A DNA stretch of 64,000 nt from a virus. The notes below the pieces were generated by a model. The model searched no databases. It was not told the DNA's origin and saw only the letters and a program-made list of their open reading frames with translations. The stretch spans positions 15,238-79,237 of the IMG/VR virus record IMGVR_UViG_3300046009_011911, one strand, 5' to 3'. The position numbers were made by a program, and so were the translations under genes. Numbering within the stretch: the first letter of the stretch is position 1; every line of letters begins with the position of its first letter. Positions 54,652 to 64,000 of this stretch are shown in pieces.

Positions 54652-55964
54652 TGACTGAACCCTATCGAATTATTTCTGCGCTCGAAACACATACCAGTCG
54701 AATCAATAAAGAGCAAATTATTGAAGCTGCAGCCCAAGAAGGAAATTCAGTATTCTTCGAAGGGGTCAGGCTAGCTTTGGATCCCATGATTACTTTTGGA
54801 CTTAAACAGATTCCAGAAAAGTCAGACAAGGATGGTCCGGGTTTGGATTGGGACAATTTTACACTTATCATCACAGGGTTTGTTACACGTAATCTAACAG
54901 GCAATACTGCCCGTGATGTAGTTGGAGACATGATGAAAGCAGCTACTCGGGATCAGTGGAACGGTTGGTATCGACGTATCCTGATTAAAGATCTACGCTG
55001 TGGAGTCAGTGAAAAGACTGTGAACAAGGCAGTAGAAAAACAATGGCCACAATATGCGGTACCAGTCTTTAGTTGCCAACTTGCTCACGACAGCGCCAAT
55101 CACGAAACTAAAGTTGTTGGTAAGAAACTGATTGAGGTAAAGTTGGATGGTGTGCGTGTGCTCACTATTGTTTACCCAGATGGTCGTGTAGATCAGTTCA
55201 GCCGTAATGGTAAAGAACTTCTAAACTTTGAGCACATCAAGTCACAGTTCTTAAAAGTGTGCTCAGGATTGGATCAGCCCTGGGTTTTTGATGGCGAAGT
55301 AATGAGCAGCAGTTTCCAGGATCTTATGAAGCAGGTCCATCGTAAAGACAATGTTGCGGCTCAAGATGCAGTGCTACATCTTTTTGATATGCTGCCATTG
55401 ACAGATTTTGAAAAAGGAATCTATAATCTCAGTCAACAAGAACGTAGTGATATGTTGGCAAATTGGTATGAGGTAAATCATAAAGAGCTGCCTAACGTGC
55501 AAATTTTAGAGCATGAAGCAGTAGATCTAGACACTGTAGAAGGCCAGCAAATCTTTAAACAAATTAATCAAAAAGCAATTGAAGGTGGATACGAAGGGAT
55601 CATGATCAAAGATCCCCAAGCACCTTACGAATGTAAACGCACAGTGAGTTGGTTAAAACTGAAACCTTTCATTGAAGTAAGTTTAGGAGTTGAGGATGTG
55701 GAGGAAGGCACGGGACGTAATCAAGGACGCTTGGGAGCTTTGGTATGTAGCGGGATCGACGACCAGAGAGAGATTAGAGTCAATGTTGGTTCTGGTTTTA
55801 GCGATGCTGATCGAACTGAGTTTTATAGCAATCGTGGTAGTCTTATTGGTCAAATTGTGGAAGTAAGAGCTGACGCAATTACACGAAATCAAGATGGAAC
55901 TTACAGTCTTAGGTTTCCTAGGTTTATTAAGTTCCGCGGGTTCACGCAAAACGAAAAACTTTGA
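54648..55964 (+). CDS. lig: ATP-dependent DNA ligase
   Basis: EVKLDGVR, SRNGK, FDGEV, EGIMIK, WLKLKP, VGSGFS, SLRFPRF. Confidence 0.95.
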   Translation: MMTEPYRIISALETHTSRINKEQIIEAAAQEGNSVFFEGVRLALDPMITFGLKQIPEKSDKDGPGLDWDNFTLIITGFVTRNLTGNTARDVVGDMMKAATRDQWNGWYRRILIKDLRCGVSEKTVNKAVEKQWPQYAVPVFSCQLAHDSANHETKVVGKKLIEVKLDGVRVLTIVYPDGRVDQFSRNGKELLNFEHIKSQFLKVCSGLDQPWVFDGEVMSSSFQDLMKQVHRKDNVAAQDAVLHLFDMLPLTDFEKGIYNLSQQERSDMLANWYEVNHKELPNVQILEHEAVDLDTVEGQQIFKQINQKAIEGGYEGIMIKDPQAPYECKRTVSWLKLKPFIEVSLGVEDVEEGTGRNQGRLGALVCSGIDDQREIRVNVGSGFSDADRTEFYSNRGSLIGQIVEVRADAITRNQDGTYSLRFPRFIKFRGFTQNEKL

Positions 55965-55973
55965 TAGGTTAAC

Positions 55974-56228
55974 ATGGAAAATCCTACCTGCAAAACTTGT
56001 ACACATTGTCGAGCAAATTGGTTTGAAAGGACACTGAATCTAAATCCTGTATTGTGGGAATGCGATCAAATGATGGAAGAAGGTTCTGTTAATTTGGTCA
56101 CAGGTAAACGGCGTCCTGACAAATTTAAATCTTGCAGTGAAATGAGAGTGTTACACTGCGGCCGAGAAGGTAAACTTTGGAGCCCCAGAGACGACCGTAA
56201 ATATCTTTTCTATATGCTTAAAAGGTAA
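55974..56228 (+). CDS. Cys-rich small protein
   Basis: CKTCTHC...C...C...CGREGKLW. Confidence 0.6.
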   Translation: MENPTCKTCTHCRANWFERTLNLNPVLWECDQMMEEGSVNLVTGKRRPDKFKSCSEMRVLHCGREGKLWSPRDDRKYLFYMLKR

Positions 56229-56232
56229 TCAT

Positions 56233-56604
56233 ATGCTAGAAGAAGATGAAATTGTATTTTTGAATAAATTGATAGCAGACCAAAACGATCTAATTTCAGA
56301 TCATTATTTCCAACTTAGTTTGGCAGAAAAAGGCAATGCAATAAAGTATGTGTTAAGACAAACTCATTGCCAAATTACTTTCAAAAAGATTGACGGCAGC
56401 ATTCGTGTTATGCCTTGTACTCTACGTCCTGCCAGTTTGCCTGTACAGGTACAAGAAAGCGTAGATACCCAAGATGTGACATCTAAGGAATCCAAACCTC
56501 CCAAAGCTGAGAACCCTAATACTATCAGAGTGTATTGTTTGGATAAACAAGAATGGCGAAGTTTTAGGATTGAAAATGTCATTTCGGTAAAAGTGATAGA
56601 GTAA
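56233..56604 (+). CDS. WYL_2/SH3-like beta-barrel protein
   Basis: ITFKKIDGSIRVMPCTL...VYCLDKQEWRSFRIENV. Confidence 0.7.
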   Translation: MLEEDEIVFLNKLIADQNDLISDHYFQLSLAEKGNAIKYVLRQTHCQITFKKIDGSIRVMPCTLRPASLPVQVQESVDTQDVTSKESKPPKAENPNTIRVYCLDKQEWRSFRIENVISVKVIE

Positions 56605-56692
56605 AAGGTTGAATACACAGTTGCATTGTACAATTTTTTTCTATATAATGTGTCTATCTGCTCAACGCAGTTTTTACTTATAAGGAAATAAT

Positions 56693-56962
56693 ATGTTGTT
56701 TAAAACTGAATCTAAAACCGGTCGCTTGCTGTCTGCACTGCAATCCGGTGAGGCTCTCACTGAAGGTCAAATGCGTGTTCGTTTTGGATTAAAAAATCCC
56801 CGAGCCACTGTTAGCGATATTCGTTATGCTGGTTTCGCTGTCTATGCTAATCAGCACAAGGACACTAAAGGCCGTGTTACTACCAAGTACCGTTTGGGAA
56901 AGCCCAGCCGTAAAATCGTTGCTGCTGGATACAAAGCTATCGCAATGGGCTTGGTTGATTAA
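56693..56962 (+). CDS. Winged-helix DNA-binding protein
   Basis: LLSALQSGEALT...RFGLKNPRATVSDIRYAG...YRLG; own promoter TTGCAT(56621)-17-TATAAT. Confidence 0.6.
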   Translation: MLFKTESKTGRLLSALQSGEALTEGQMRVRFGLKNPRATVSDIRYAGFAVYANQHKDTKGRVTTKYRLGKPSRKIVAAGYKAIAMGLVD

Positions 56963-56975
56963 TCAGTGTTGACCA

Positions 56976-57001
56976 CTGTACAAGGTTTCGGCCTTGTACA
57001 G
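56976..57001 (+). terminator. Strong hairpin after the HTH gene
   Basis: ctgtacaagg-tttcgg-ccttgtacag. Confidence 0.6.
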
Positions 57002-57020
57002 ATTTAGAAGGTAATCACTC

Positions 57021-57317
57021 ATGAATGAACGATGGGTTGGCTGGTGTAATGATGGTAATCATGACAAAGTTTGGATGATCGTTCGTTTGAGCGGCGATCA
57101 TCATGCTGGACGTTATGCCACAGTTTGGGGGCGTCGTGGTAAAAAATTACAATCAAAAATCCATGACTACTTGACTGCCCGTGAAAGAAGCAATCTAATT
57201 GACTCTAAAGAAGCTAAAGGGTATCGACAGATTCCTGAAAAAGAACTGAATACGGTATATCCCGAATTCCAAGATGATTTAGAAAAAACCACAGTGTGGG
57301 CGTTACTATTAGCATAA
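57021..57317 (+). CDS. WGR-like domain protein
   Basis: HDKVW...VWGRRGKK...KEAKGY. Confidence 0.6.
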   Translation: MNERWVGWCNDGNHDKVWMIVRLSGDHHAGRYATVWGRRGKKLQSKIHDYLTARERSNLIDSKEAKGYRQIPEKELNTVYPEFQDDLEKTTVWALLLA

Positions 57318-57327
57318 GTATACGATT

Positions 57328-58164
57328 ATGAAAGTAAATGTAATCTCTGACCTTCATCTTGAATTCGATGATCTCGAACTGCCCGGTGGTGACGTTCTTA
57401 TCCTTAGCGGAGATGTGTGCGAGGCTAAAAATCTTAAAGCAGACAAGTACGATCCCAATGGCATCATGTTTGACTTTGAACGTGCTAATCGCAGACCTGA
57501 CAGGTACATCCGTTTTTTTAAAGAAGAGTGCGCCAAATACCGTCATGTAATCTATGTAATGGGCAATCATGAACATTATGGATTTAGATTTGATAAAACC
57601 TACAGCCAACTACTGCTTAACGTACCAGACAATGTGAGGTTGTTAGAAAAAGAATCCACTGAAATCGATGGTGTTTTGTTCATCGGCGCTACACTATGGA
57701 CTGACTGCAACAAAGGTGATCCTATTACTATGATGCAGTTAAGATCTAGTATGAACGATTATCGAGTTGTTCAAAACTATTACAAGGACAAAGGCCAGTA
57801 CTTTAAATTGATTCCTGAATTTACTTATAAAGAGCATCGCCAAACTTTAGAGTATTTTAGGGGTGAATTAATTCGTAACCCGGACCGGCCTGTGGTTATA
57901 GTTACTCATCATAGTCCTAGCAAACAAAGTATCAAACCCAAATATCAGGGTGATTACCATATGAACGGCGGTTATAGCAGTGATCTGGAACAATTTATTC
58001 TAGATTACCCCCAAATCAAAGTTTGGACACATGGGCACACTCACGATACTTTTGACTACATGATCGGACAGTGCCGTGTAATTTGCAATCCCCGAGGTTA
58101 TGTGGGCTACGAAGAACGTGCTCAAGAGTTCGATCCAACCATTGGTTTTGACATTGAAGCTTAA
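57328..58164 (+). CDS. Calcineurin-like metallophosphoesterase
   Basis: SDLHLE, LSGD, GNHEHY, THHSP, HGHTH, NPRGY. Confidence 0.92.
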   Translation: MKVNVISDLHLEFDDLELPGGDVLILSGDVCEAKNLKADKYDPNGIMFDFERANRRPDRYIRFFKEECAKYRHVIYVMGNHEHYGFRFDKTYSQLLLNVPDNVRLLEKESTEIDGVLFIGATLWTDCNKGDPITMMQLRSSMNDYRVVQNYYKDKGQYFKLIPEFTYKEHRQTLEYFRGELIRNPDRPVVIVTHHSPSKQSIKPKYQGDYHMNGGYSSDLEQFILDYPQIKVWTHGHTHDTFDYMIGQCRVICNPRGYVGYEERAQEFDPTIGFDIEA

Positions 58165-58251
58165 TTATGCTATTCTAAGTAAAGATAATGCGAGTATTTT
58201 TACACTTGCAGTTATCAAGCTAAGTAAATTTTACATTCTGAAAGGAAATAT

Positions 58252-59130
58252 ATGAAGAAAGTTATTATCGCAGCAGCAATTGGGGCATTTAGCACTATGG
58301 CCACTGCACAAGTTAGTTTGAGTGGTAAGATTAGTGTATGGCAAGATAGCACTAAAGTTGGTGCTAATCGAGAAAATTCAATGTGGCATGAACCCACAAA
58401 TAATGTTGCCATTGGCGTTCAAGAAAAACTAGGTAGCGGTCTAACTGCTAGAGCAACTGTGGAAACCAGTCTGCATGGAAATACTATCCATGGTGCTGAT
58501 ACTAGACTGGGCGATCGCCAATCCACTGTGGGTCTATTAAGCAGTGTTGGTAGTATTGATTTAGGTCGTAATGTTCACAGCCAATTTCTAGCAATTGCAA
58601 TGAATGACGCATTCAGCACCATTTATGGAAGTGTGGCAGGAGATGTTCATAACCTTCGTGGACTAAGATTTGGAGATGCTTCATTCGTTAATATTACTGC
58701 TGTTAAAGGCTTTAACGTTTCTTATGATCGCAGCCAAACTCCGGGTGCCGAAGCCACCGCAGCTAGTGTGGGTGGAAAATTTGGCCCAGTCAATGCTGTA
58801 GTTGCACGATACGAACAAACCAACGAAATTAGTACTGTGGCAGGTTTAAATGCTGGTTTTGGTTCTACAACTGTTTATTACAGTCACAGTGATAACAAAG
58901 GTACGATTACTAGCAAAGGTGACCTAGTAGGTGTTCGCCATCAGATGGGCGCATATGCTGCCAAGGCCAGCTACGGTCGTACTAACACTGATATTAAAGC
59001 ATACAACATTGGTTTAGACTATGCACTCAGCAAAAGAACTGAGGTGGGTGTAGCTTACCGAAATGTTGACCTTGTTGCAACTGCCAGCGATGTCAAACAA
59101 GTCGGTGTTGGACTAACCCATCGTTTTTAA
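58252..59130 (+). CDS. Gram-negative general porin (betaproteobacterial type)
   Basis: Signal peptide; EKLGSGL, RQSTVGL, YALSKRT, C-terminal GLTHRF. Confidence 0.88.
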   Translation: MKKVIIAAAIGAFSTMATAQVSLSGKISVWQDSTKVGANRENSMWHEPTNNVAIGVQEKLGSGLTARATVETSLHGNTIHGADTRLGDRQSTVGLLSSVGSIDLGRNVHSQFLAIAMNDAFSTIYGSVAGDVHNLRGLRFGDASFVNITAVKGFNVSYDRSQTPGAEATAASVGGKFGPVNAVVARYEQTNEISTVAGLNAGFGSTTVYYSHSDNKGTITSKGDLVGVRHQMGAYAAKASYGRTNTDIKAYNIGLDYALSKRTEVGVAYRNVDLVATASDVKQVGVGLTHRF

Positions 59131-59149
59131 TCTATTGACATTTGCTTTT

Positions 59150-59181
59150 AAAAAGCCTATACTTGCAGTATAGGTTTTTTT
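59150..59181 (+). terminator. Terminator overlapping a sigma70 -10
   Basis: aaaaagcctatac-ttgca-gtataggtttttt; TTGACA(59135)-17-TATACT. Confidence 0.7.
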
Positions 59182-59649
59182 ATGACTAAAGAAAATTCAG
59201 CAAAGGGTGTTCACAGTTTCGATGCAAACATAGGCGGACACCTAATTAGTTTTATAAACAGAAACACCAGTACATATCCCACTGAAGTAGGCGTAGGACC
59301 TTTTGACTTAGTACCAGTTCAAGATCAAAAAGATTTAATGATCAATGCTGCTAAATTAAATGCAAAACAAGAATACGATAGAATTATGGAATTGGTTGTA
59401 GTTTTGCAACGTCAAGCACAGAATATCATTGACAGACTTAATTTAACAGATCAGGTACGTAATGCAGAATATAGTTTTCGATTATATCCTGGTAAAATAT
59501 ATTGGTTATTGTTTGATCTAAAAATACAAAAGTATAGATTAAGCATATTAGGACCCGATGATTGGTCCACTGGTGCTCCGAAACATTACAACTACATAAA
59601 ACAGATACAGTGGTTAGGTGACAATACTTGGCAGGAGATAAAGACATGA
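59182..59649 (+). CDS. DUF2452-like protein
   Basis: YPTEVG...F...GKIYWL...LSILGPDDW...GDNTW. Confidence 0.55.
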   Translation: MTKENSAKGVHSFDANIGGHLISFINRNTSTYPTEVGVGPFDLVPVQDQKDLMINAAKLNAKQEYDRIMELVVVLQRQAQNIIDRLNLTDQVRNAEYSFRLYPGKIYWLLFDLKIQKYRLSILGPDDWSTGAPKHYNYIKQIQWLGDNTWQEIKT

Positions 59650-60122
59650 CAACAAACACAATTTGGCCCAATAACAGTACAACTGGCAACGTAAGTTTTG
59701 CAACTGGACAAAATTATTCATACAACATTAACAATTTACTAACTAGTTCTATTATAGATACTTCCAGTTTAACTTTTGGAAATATTACTAATGGAGCCTT
59801 TACTACTACTGCTTCTGCTTCCTCATACAGTATAGTAAAGGATTTCGGGACCACAGCAAAAGTTCAGTTAAATCACGATGGGATTAAAATGGATGAATCC
59901 TGCGATTTAGTTTTTGGCAACACCAGTCTTAAAGATTGCTTGACTAAAATCGAAAGCAGATTGGCTATTCTTAGACCCAACGAACGATTAGAATCGGAAT
60001 GGGAGGAACTTAAATCTCTGGGCGATCAATATCGTGCATTAGAAAAACAAATCAATGAAAAAATGAAAACGTGGAACATTCTTCAACGCAGAGACGAAGA
60101 TGATTGCGATAAAACCATATAA
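59646..60122 (+). CDS. Hypothetical protein with T/S/N-rich N-terminus and coiled-coil C-terminus
   Basis: SD AGGAG; IESRLAILRPN...LEKQI. Confidence 0.65.
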   Translation: MTTNTIWPNNSTTGNVSFATGQNYSYNINNLLTSSIIDTSSLTFGNITNGAFTTTASASSYSIVKDFGTTAKVQLNHDGIKMDESCDLVFGNTSLKDCLTKIESRLAILRPNERLESEWEELKSLGDQYRALEKQINEKMKTWNILQRRDEDDCDKTI

Positions 60123-60317
60123 CGACAAATATCAATTAATTTGGTTTTGCCATGTTGAAGATGCACAATCAGCCATAAAATGGTGTTACGACAACTGGGG
60201 CAATGATTGGGGTAGAGTGCACGTAGGCATACCTGATCGTGTGGGTTTTGCAGAAAACATTTTCTTGTTTCACAAACTCAGTCATGCTAATTGGTTCAAA
60301 TTAAAATTCGAAGAGAT

Positions 60318-60346
60318 TTGACAAATATTCCATTTCTAATTAAAAT
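60318..60346 (+). promoter_or_regulatory. Early promoter driving the LRW array (leaderless first gene)
   Basis: TTGACA(60318)-17-TAAAAT(60341); ATG at 60353. Confidence 0.75.
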
Positions 60347-60734
60347 ATTAGTATGGATACAATTATCAAAATTAAACAGAACAGCAAAATTTTAGACATC
60401 GTAGATTGGGCAGGTCGAAACTTTGGTTATGATCAATTTGAACTAAAAACTACTTACCCTGGTGATTATGATTTTGTCTTTAAAAAATCTAACCATGCAC
60501 TAATGTTCCGACTTAAGTGGTACAGTCAATGAACATTGTGATTGTTAAAGGACCAATCAGAAATTTCAAAGAACAAATAGCTTGGTGTAAAGAGAATTTC
60601 GGGCCCGGAATTGAAGTTGTGGGACCCACTCAAGCAGAATTGTATCGTTGGAGTTATGAAATAATAGGATTTGGTCTTAGACAAATATTTTTCAGTAATG
60701 ATTTAGATTATTCATTTTACGTTTTGAGATGGTC

Positions 60735-61337
60735 ATGATGAAACCAAAGAAAAAATATATTTTAGATGTGTTCGGTCACGAACCCTCTACTCTTAATGAA
60801 CTGGGTGATTGTGTTCGTGCGGTAATTGATCATGCAATTGGCAATAAAGGAAACAGATGCGTGGGACTTCAATGGGATCTAAGATTTACAGAAACCGTTA
60901 GTAATAGTCATGATGCCCCATTGTCTGGCCAAACTAATTTTGGAAGTCAAGAAGGTCGGCCTACTGGTTATCCTGGTTGGTATGGGCGAGTATGGGTAAG
61001 ATATGCTATTTACCCCAAATCTTTTGGTAGTGATCCTTTCCAGCGAACCCTAACCTATACTGGCACTGGCGGGTTTGGCAGTTACGGCGGGCCATGGGAA
61101 CGAATTGCTAAAACACATTATCAACGTGGAATGCTAAAACGGCAAAAACTGGACTACCCTGAACCGGCAATTTTTAGTTGGGATTATAGAATTTTTGCTG
61201 ATGATTGGCCTGTCCTTATGATGTGGTCGGCGTTGTCTAATAATGAAAACTGCACACATAGATATCATTGGGTAGATCCCGACGTTCATAAACAAGACCT
61301 TGAATTTATCAACGATCAAATTTATCAATTAGCATAA
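60735..61337 (+). CDS. Hypothetical protein inserted in the LRW array
   Basis: VSNSHDAP...GYPGWYGRVW...TGTGG; ATGA-coupled. Confidence 0.7.
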   Translation: MMKPKKKYILDVFGHEPSTLNELGDCVRAVIDHAIGNKGNRCVGLQWDLRFTETVSNSHDAPLSGQTNFGSQEGRPTGYPGWYGRVWVRYAIYPKSFGSDPFQRTLTYTGTGGFGSYGGPWERIAKTHYQRGMLKRQKLDYPEPAIFSWDYRIFADDWPVLMMWSALSNNENCTHRYHWVDPDVHKQDLEFINDQIYQLA

Positions 61338-62201
61338 AATGAGCAAGGCAGATTACTGTATTATACCTGTAGTCTACACAAGACAATCAGTGCAGCATCA
61401 TGAAGATATGCGTCAATGGTTAGTGGATAACATTGATGCCGAATGTTATGATGCAGAAGATTGGCGTGCAGTGGATAATAATTGGCGTCAACGTCGTATA
61501 TGGTTCTCACATGAGCAGGATGCAGTAATCTTTGCGTTGAGGTGGTCATGAAATTCCGTATGATTGAGTTAGGGTATCGCAGCACACCCGACTATCCCTA
61601 TGACTACAGAATCGAATTGCTGGAATACAGTCTTCTCGATCGTTACCAGCTGGCAGATTGGCTAAAAGATCTGGCTATCCCGCACACAACAGCCGGCTGG
61701 AACACTGGGTCGGTGTTTTATCTGCGTCGAGAACATGCCACAATGTTTGCGTTAAAATGGGCATAAAGTCTGTCACAGTTAGAGATTTACCATTCACCAT
61801 CATGGTCCATAAAGATCGCCATAGGGATGCAGAGGCTTGGTGTAGAGCAGAGTGGGGAGAGCGTTGGTCAGTGACTGAAAACAAACAGGGCACTTGGTGT
61901 TGTTTTTGGGGTGGCTTTAGAGAAGCTAAAGGAAACTATCTTTATCATTTTGCCCGTGAACAGGATGCTATAGTTTTTGCGTTGAGATGGGCATAATGGC
62001 TGAAAAAGTTTTTATACAAAGAGATTCTTTCCAATTAGTCAGCGACGAGCGTGATATCATGCTACCTTTGAGTCTGACCAATGAAGTTCAAGAATGGTGT
62101 GTTAGCAATAATGTTATAGCAGAACAGAAAAGTGCATTTGGGGTTACACTTTGGCGTGTTAAGGATCATGAACACAGAATATGGTTTGCGTTGAGGTGGG
62201 T

Positions 62202-62558
62202 ATGAGAACTAGCGTTTGGTATCGCACTGAATTACAAAATCCCGATCATTCGGGTTATTATTTTGCTTACCGTGGTTGGGGTATGGGCGGTAAAGCCGAT
62301 GGCGACTGTGATTACGGTTATCTTTATTACGACAGAAAACGAGATCGCTGGAGAGAATACGAAAGGGATAATAAATTTGATTCAATCATAGTTTATTACT
62401 GGACTGACGCTGATCCACATCAATGGGTAGAAGATGATCCTCCCAGTATTAAAATTCGAGAAATGAAAGAAAAATATAATCCAACACTCGAAGATGCTTG
62501 GCGGCGAGTAAAAGAAGCTATCGATCAATACGAAATGATTAAAAATTTAGTGCAATAA
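62202..62558 (+). CDS. Hypothetical protein inserted in the LRW array
   Basis: ATGA-coupled; not LRW-terminated. Confidence 0.65.
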   Translation: MRTSVWYRTELQNPDHSGYYFAYRGWGMGGKADGDCDYGYLYYDRKRDRWREYERDNKFDSIIVYYWTDADPHQWVEDDPPSIKIREMKEKYNPTLEDAWRRVKEAIDQYEMIKNLVQ

Positions 62559-63820
62559 TGGTCTATTCTTGGCAATATAATGGTCGAGCACCATTTAACG
62601 ACATTTGGGATTGGTGTATACAAAACATGAAAGGTCGTTTCTATACCAACAACTTTGAAACTATTCATTTTACAAACGAAAAAGAATATATCCTATTTTT
62701 GTTGAGGTGGGCATGAAAGTTTTTGATCTCGGAGAAAAGGCAATTTATCAATTCAGAGTCAACATTCCTTTTGGAGATAAAAGTCTCCTTTCGGATGTTC
62801 AAGACTGGATAGTTGCTAACAAAATTAGCGGTGCTGTTTTACCAGGAGTAGCATTTTTTTCGAAACATGAAGATGTAATTTTGTTTATGTTGAGGTGGTC
62901 ATGAATACTCTAAGCATTAATTTTAATCAAACCAGTTTCGAACTATTGATATCGTGGTTTGATTCCATGGGATATCCTTGTCGAGAACGTGGGTTACATA
63001 CCGCACAAGGCAAACATTGGTATATCGGTATTCTATATGATCATTTTTCCGTTAACATTTATGATGACAAATTATATACATTAGCAGGATTGAGGTGGTC
63101 GTGAGAAAATTAAAAAAAGAATTATGGCCTTATCGAGTCACAGTAAACAGCGATTGGAAACACGATATTAATCCTATAGAAGAATGGTTAGGAGCGAATA
63201 TAGGAGGTTGGAAAGATCGATGGAATGTTGTTTATAATTATAATTCTACTGACTTTTATTTCATAAATTCAGCAGATGCGGTTATGTTTTCGTTGAGATG
63301 GGCATGACAGTAACTTATAAACCATTAAAAATGTTTCCCGAAATACTAACTCCTGTATTACATAAGGTTATGTATGATGTTAGTGCCGAAGACTATCAAT
63401 TGAATACGTGGTTAAAGGAAAATTGTAAAGGCTATTACTATCATAGTCCCGGATGGATGAAGGAAAAGTTTATACAATTCGAGGATGATCATGATGCGTT
63501 GTTGTTCTCATTAAGGTGGACCTAATGATTTCTGCCAAAGATTGTATTCATGATTTCATCGAGGCTTGGAAACAATGGGATAAGGTTAAGGCTGAGGATC
63601 GACATCCAGAAAGCGAAAGTGTTCGTCCAGTCTGGAATATTCGATTTCAAGATGCTGGATATTACCGTGTAGAATCTTCAAGAGACAGTGTGACTAACAG
63701 TTGGCAAGAAATGCATAGGTGGTGCGAAGAACATGTTGGTACCAGACATTATGCTTGGACAGGTAGCACATTTTGGTTTGATTCTGACAGAGCAGCAATG
63801 TTGTTTTCGTTGAGGTGGTC

Positions 63821-64000
63821 ATGAATCTTAAAGAACGAATCGTAGATTGGTATCTTACTCGCAAAACAGGTAAAACAAAAGCGGAGCGTGAGTATTTGGC
63901 ATGGTACGAACAAACGATCAACGTCCGAGCTACACGTATTATAGACATGTTTGCAAATTTTCGATATGTTATTGTGGTCGATCCTGAAAAGTTTTTTTCT
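63821..64000 (+). CDS. Hypothetical protein, 3'-truncated by the window edge
   Basis: ATGA-coupled; MNLKERIVDWYL... open to the end. Confidence 0.6.
   Translation, partial: MNLKERIVDWYLTRKTGKTKAEREYLAWYEQTINVRATRIIDMFANFRYVIVVDPEKFFS

Larger units (their letters stand above)
60100..63824 (+). repeat. Tandem array of ~13 LRW-family small genes
   Basis: Members: 60100-60321, 60353-60532, 60529-60738, 61339-61551, 61548-61766, 61757-61996, 61996-62205, 62558-62716, 62713-62904, 62901-63104, 63101-63307, 63304-63525, 63525-63824; shared W(C/L)xxN...F...F-x-L-[RK]-W end. Confidence 0.85.

Noticed and set aside
58185-58206. Possible Fur box upstream of the porin
   Set aside because: Only about 12/19 match in an AT-rich context; better explained as a leader hairpin
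60100-64000. Diversity-generating retroelement or integron explaining the LRW array
   Set aside because: No reverse transcriptase, TR/VR pair, integrase or attC-like palindromes visible in this window
1-64000. Alternative genetic code
   Set aside because: Known genes are full length in the standard code and TAA, TAG and TGA all act as stops

Overview
A 64 kb gene-dense, AT-rich segment of what is almost certainly a large lytic dsDNA phage. It has sigma70-consensus early promoters, T4-type TAAATA late promoters, hundreds-of-bp ORFans, DNA and RNA ligases and many host-derived auxiliary genes. No capsid or terminase gene is in the window, so taxonomy is inferred. The porin, PstS, AhpC/AhpD and phasin-like gene point to a proteobacterial, probably betaproteobacterial, host. 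Recognisable content: SleB-like hydrolase, bS21, Hsp20, ClpS, a CsgF-CsgG-curlin-FecR-curlin-CHASE2 adenylate cyclase module, a UDP-sugar dehydrogenase/2OG oxygenase/StrB1-like amidinotransferase cluster, UvsE, radical SAM enzymes, an amidoligase, a YafQ-like toxin pair, a circularly permuted tmRNA, a PHP-less DnaE, ahpC-terC-ahpD, pstS, psiE and a porin. The most unusual signals are five. (i) The complete curli-export plus cAMP-signalling module. (ii) Two arrays of small paralogues (LRW family, FGVE family) whose conserved C-terminal codons form the Shine-Dalgarno and start of the next gene. (iii) Hairpins that hide an RBS and carry the late promoter in their loop. (iv) Host-type control elements on the auxiliary genes (PhaR-like box, Pho box, ROSE thermometer). 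(v) A repeated early promoter cassette with an internal palindrome. All assignments come from motif recognition by eye; no database searches were run.
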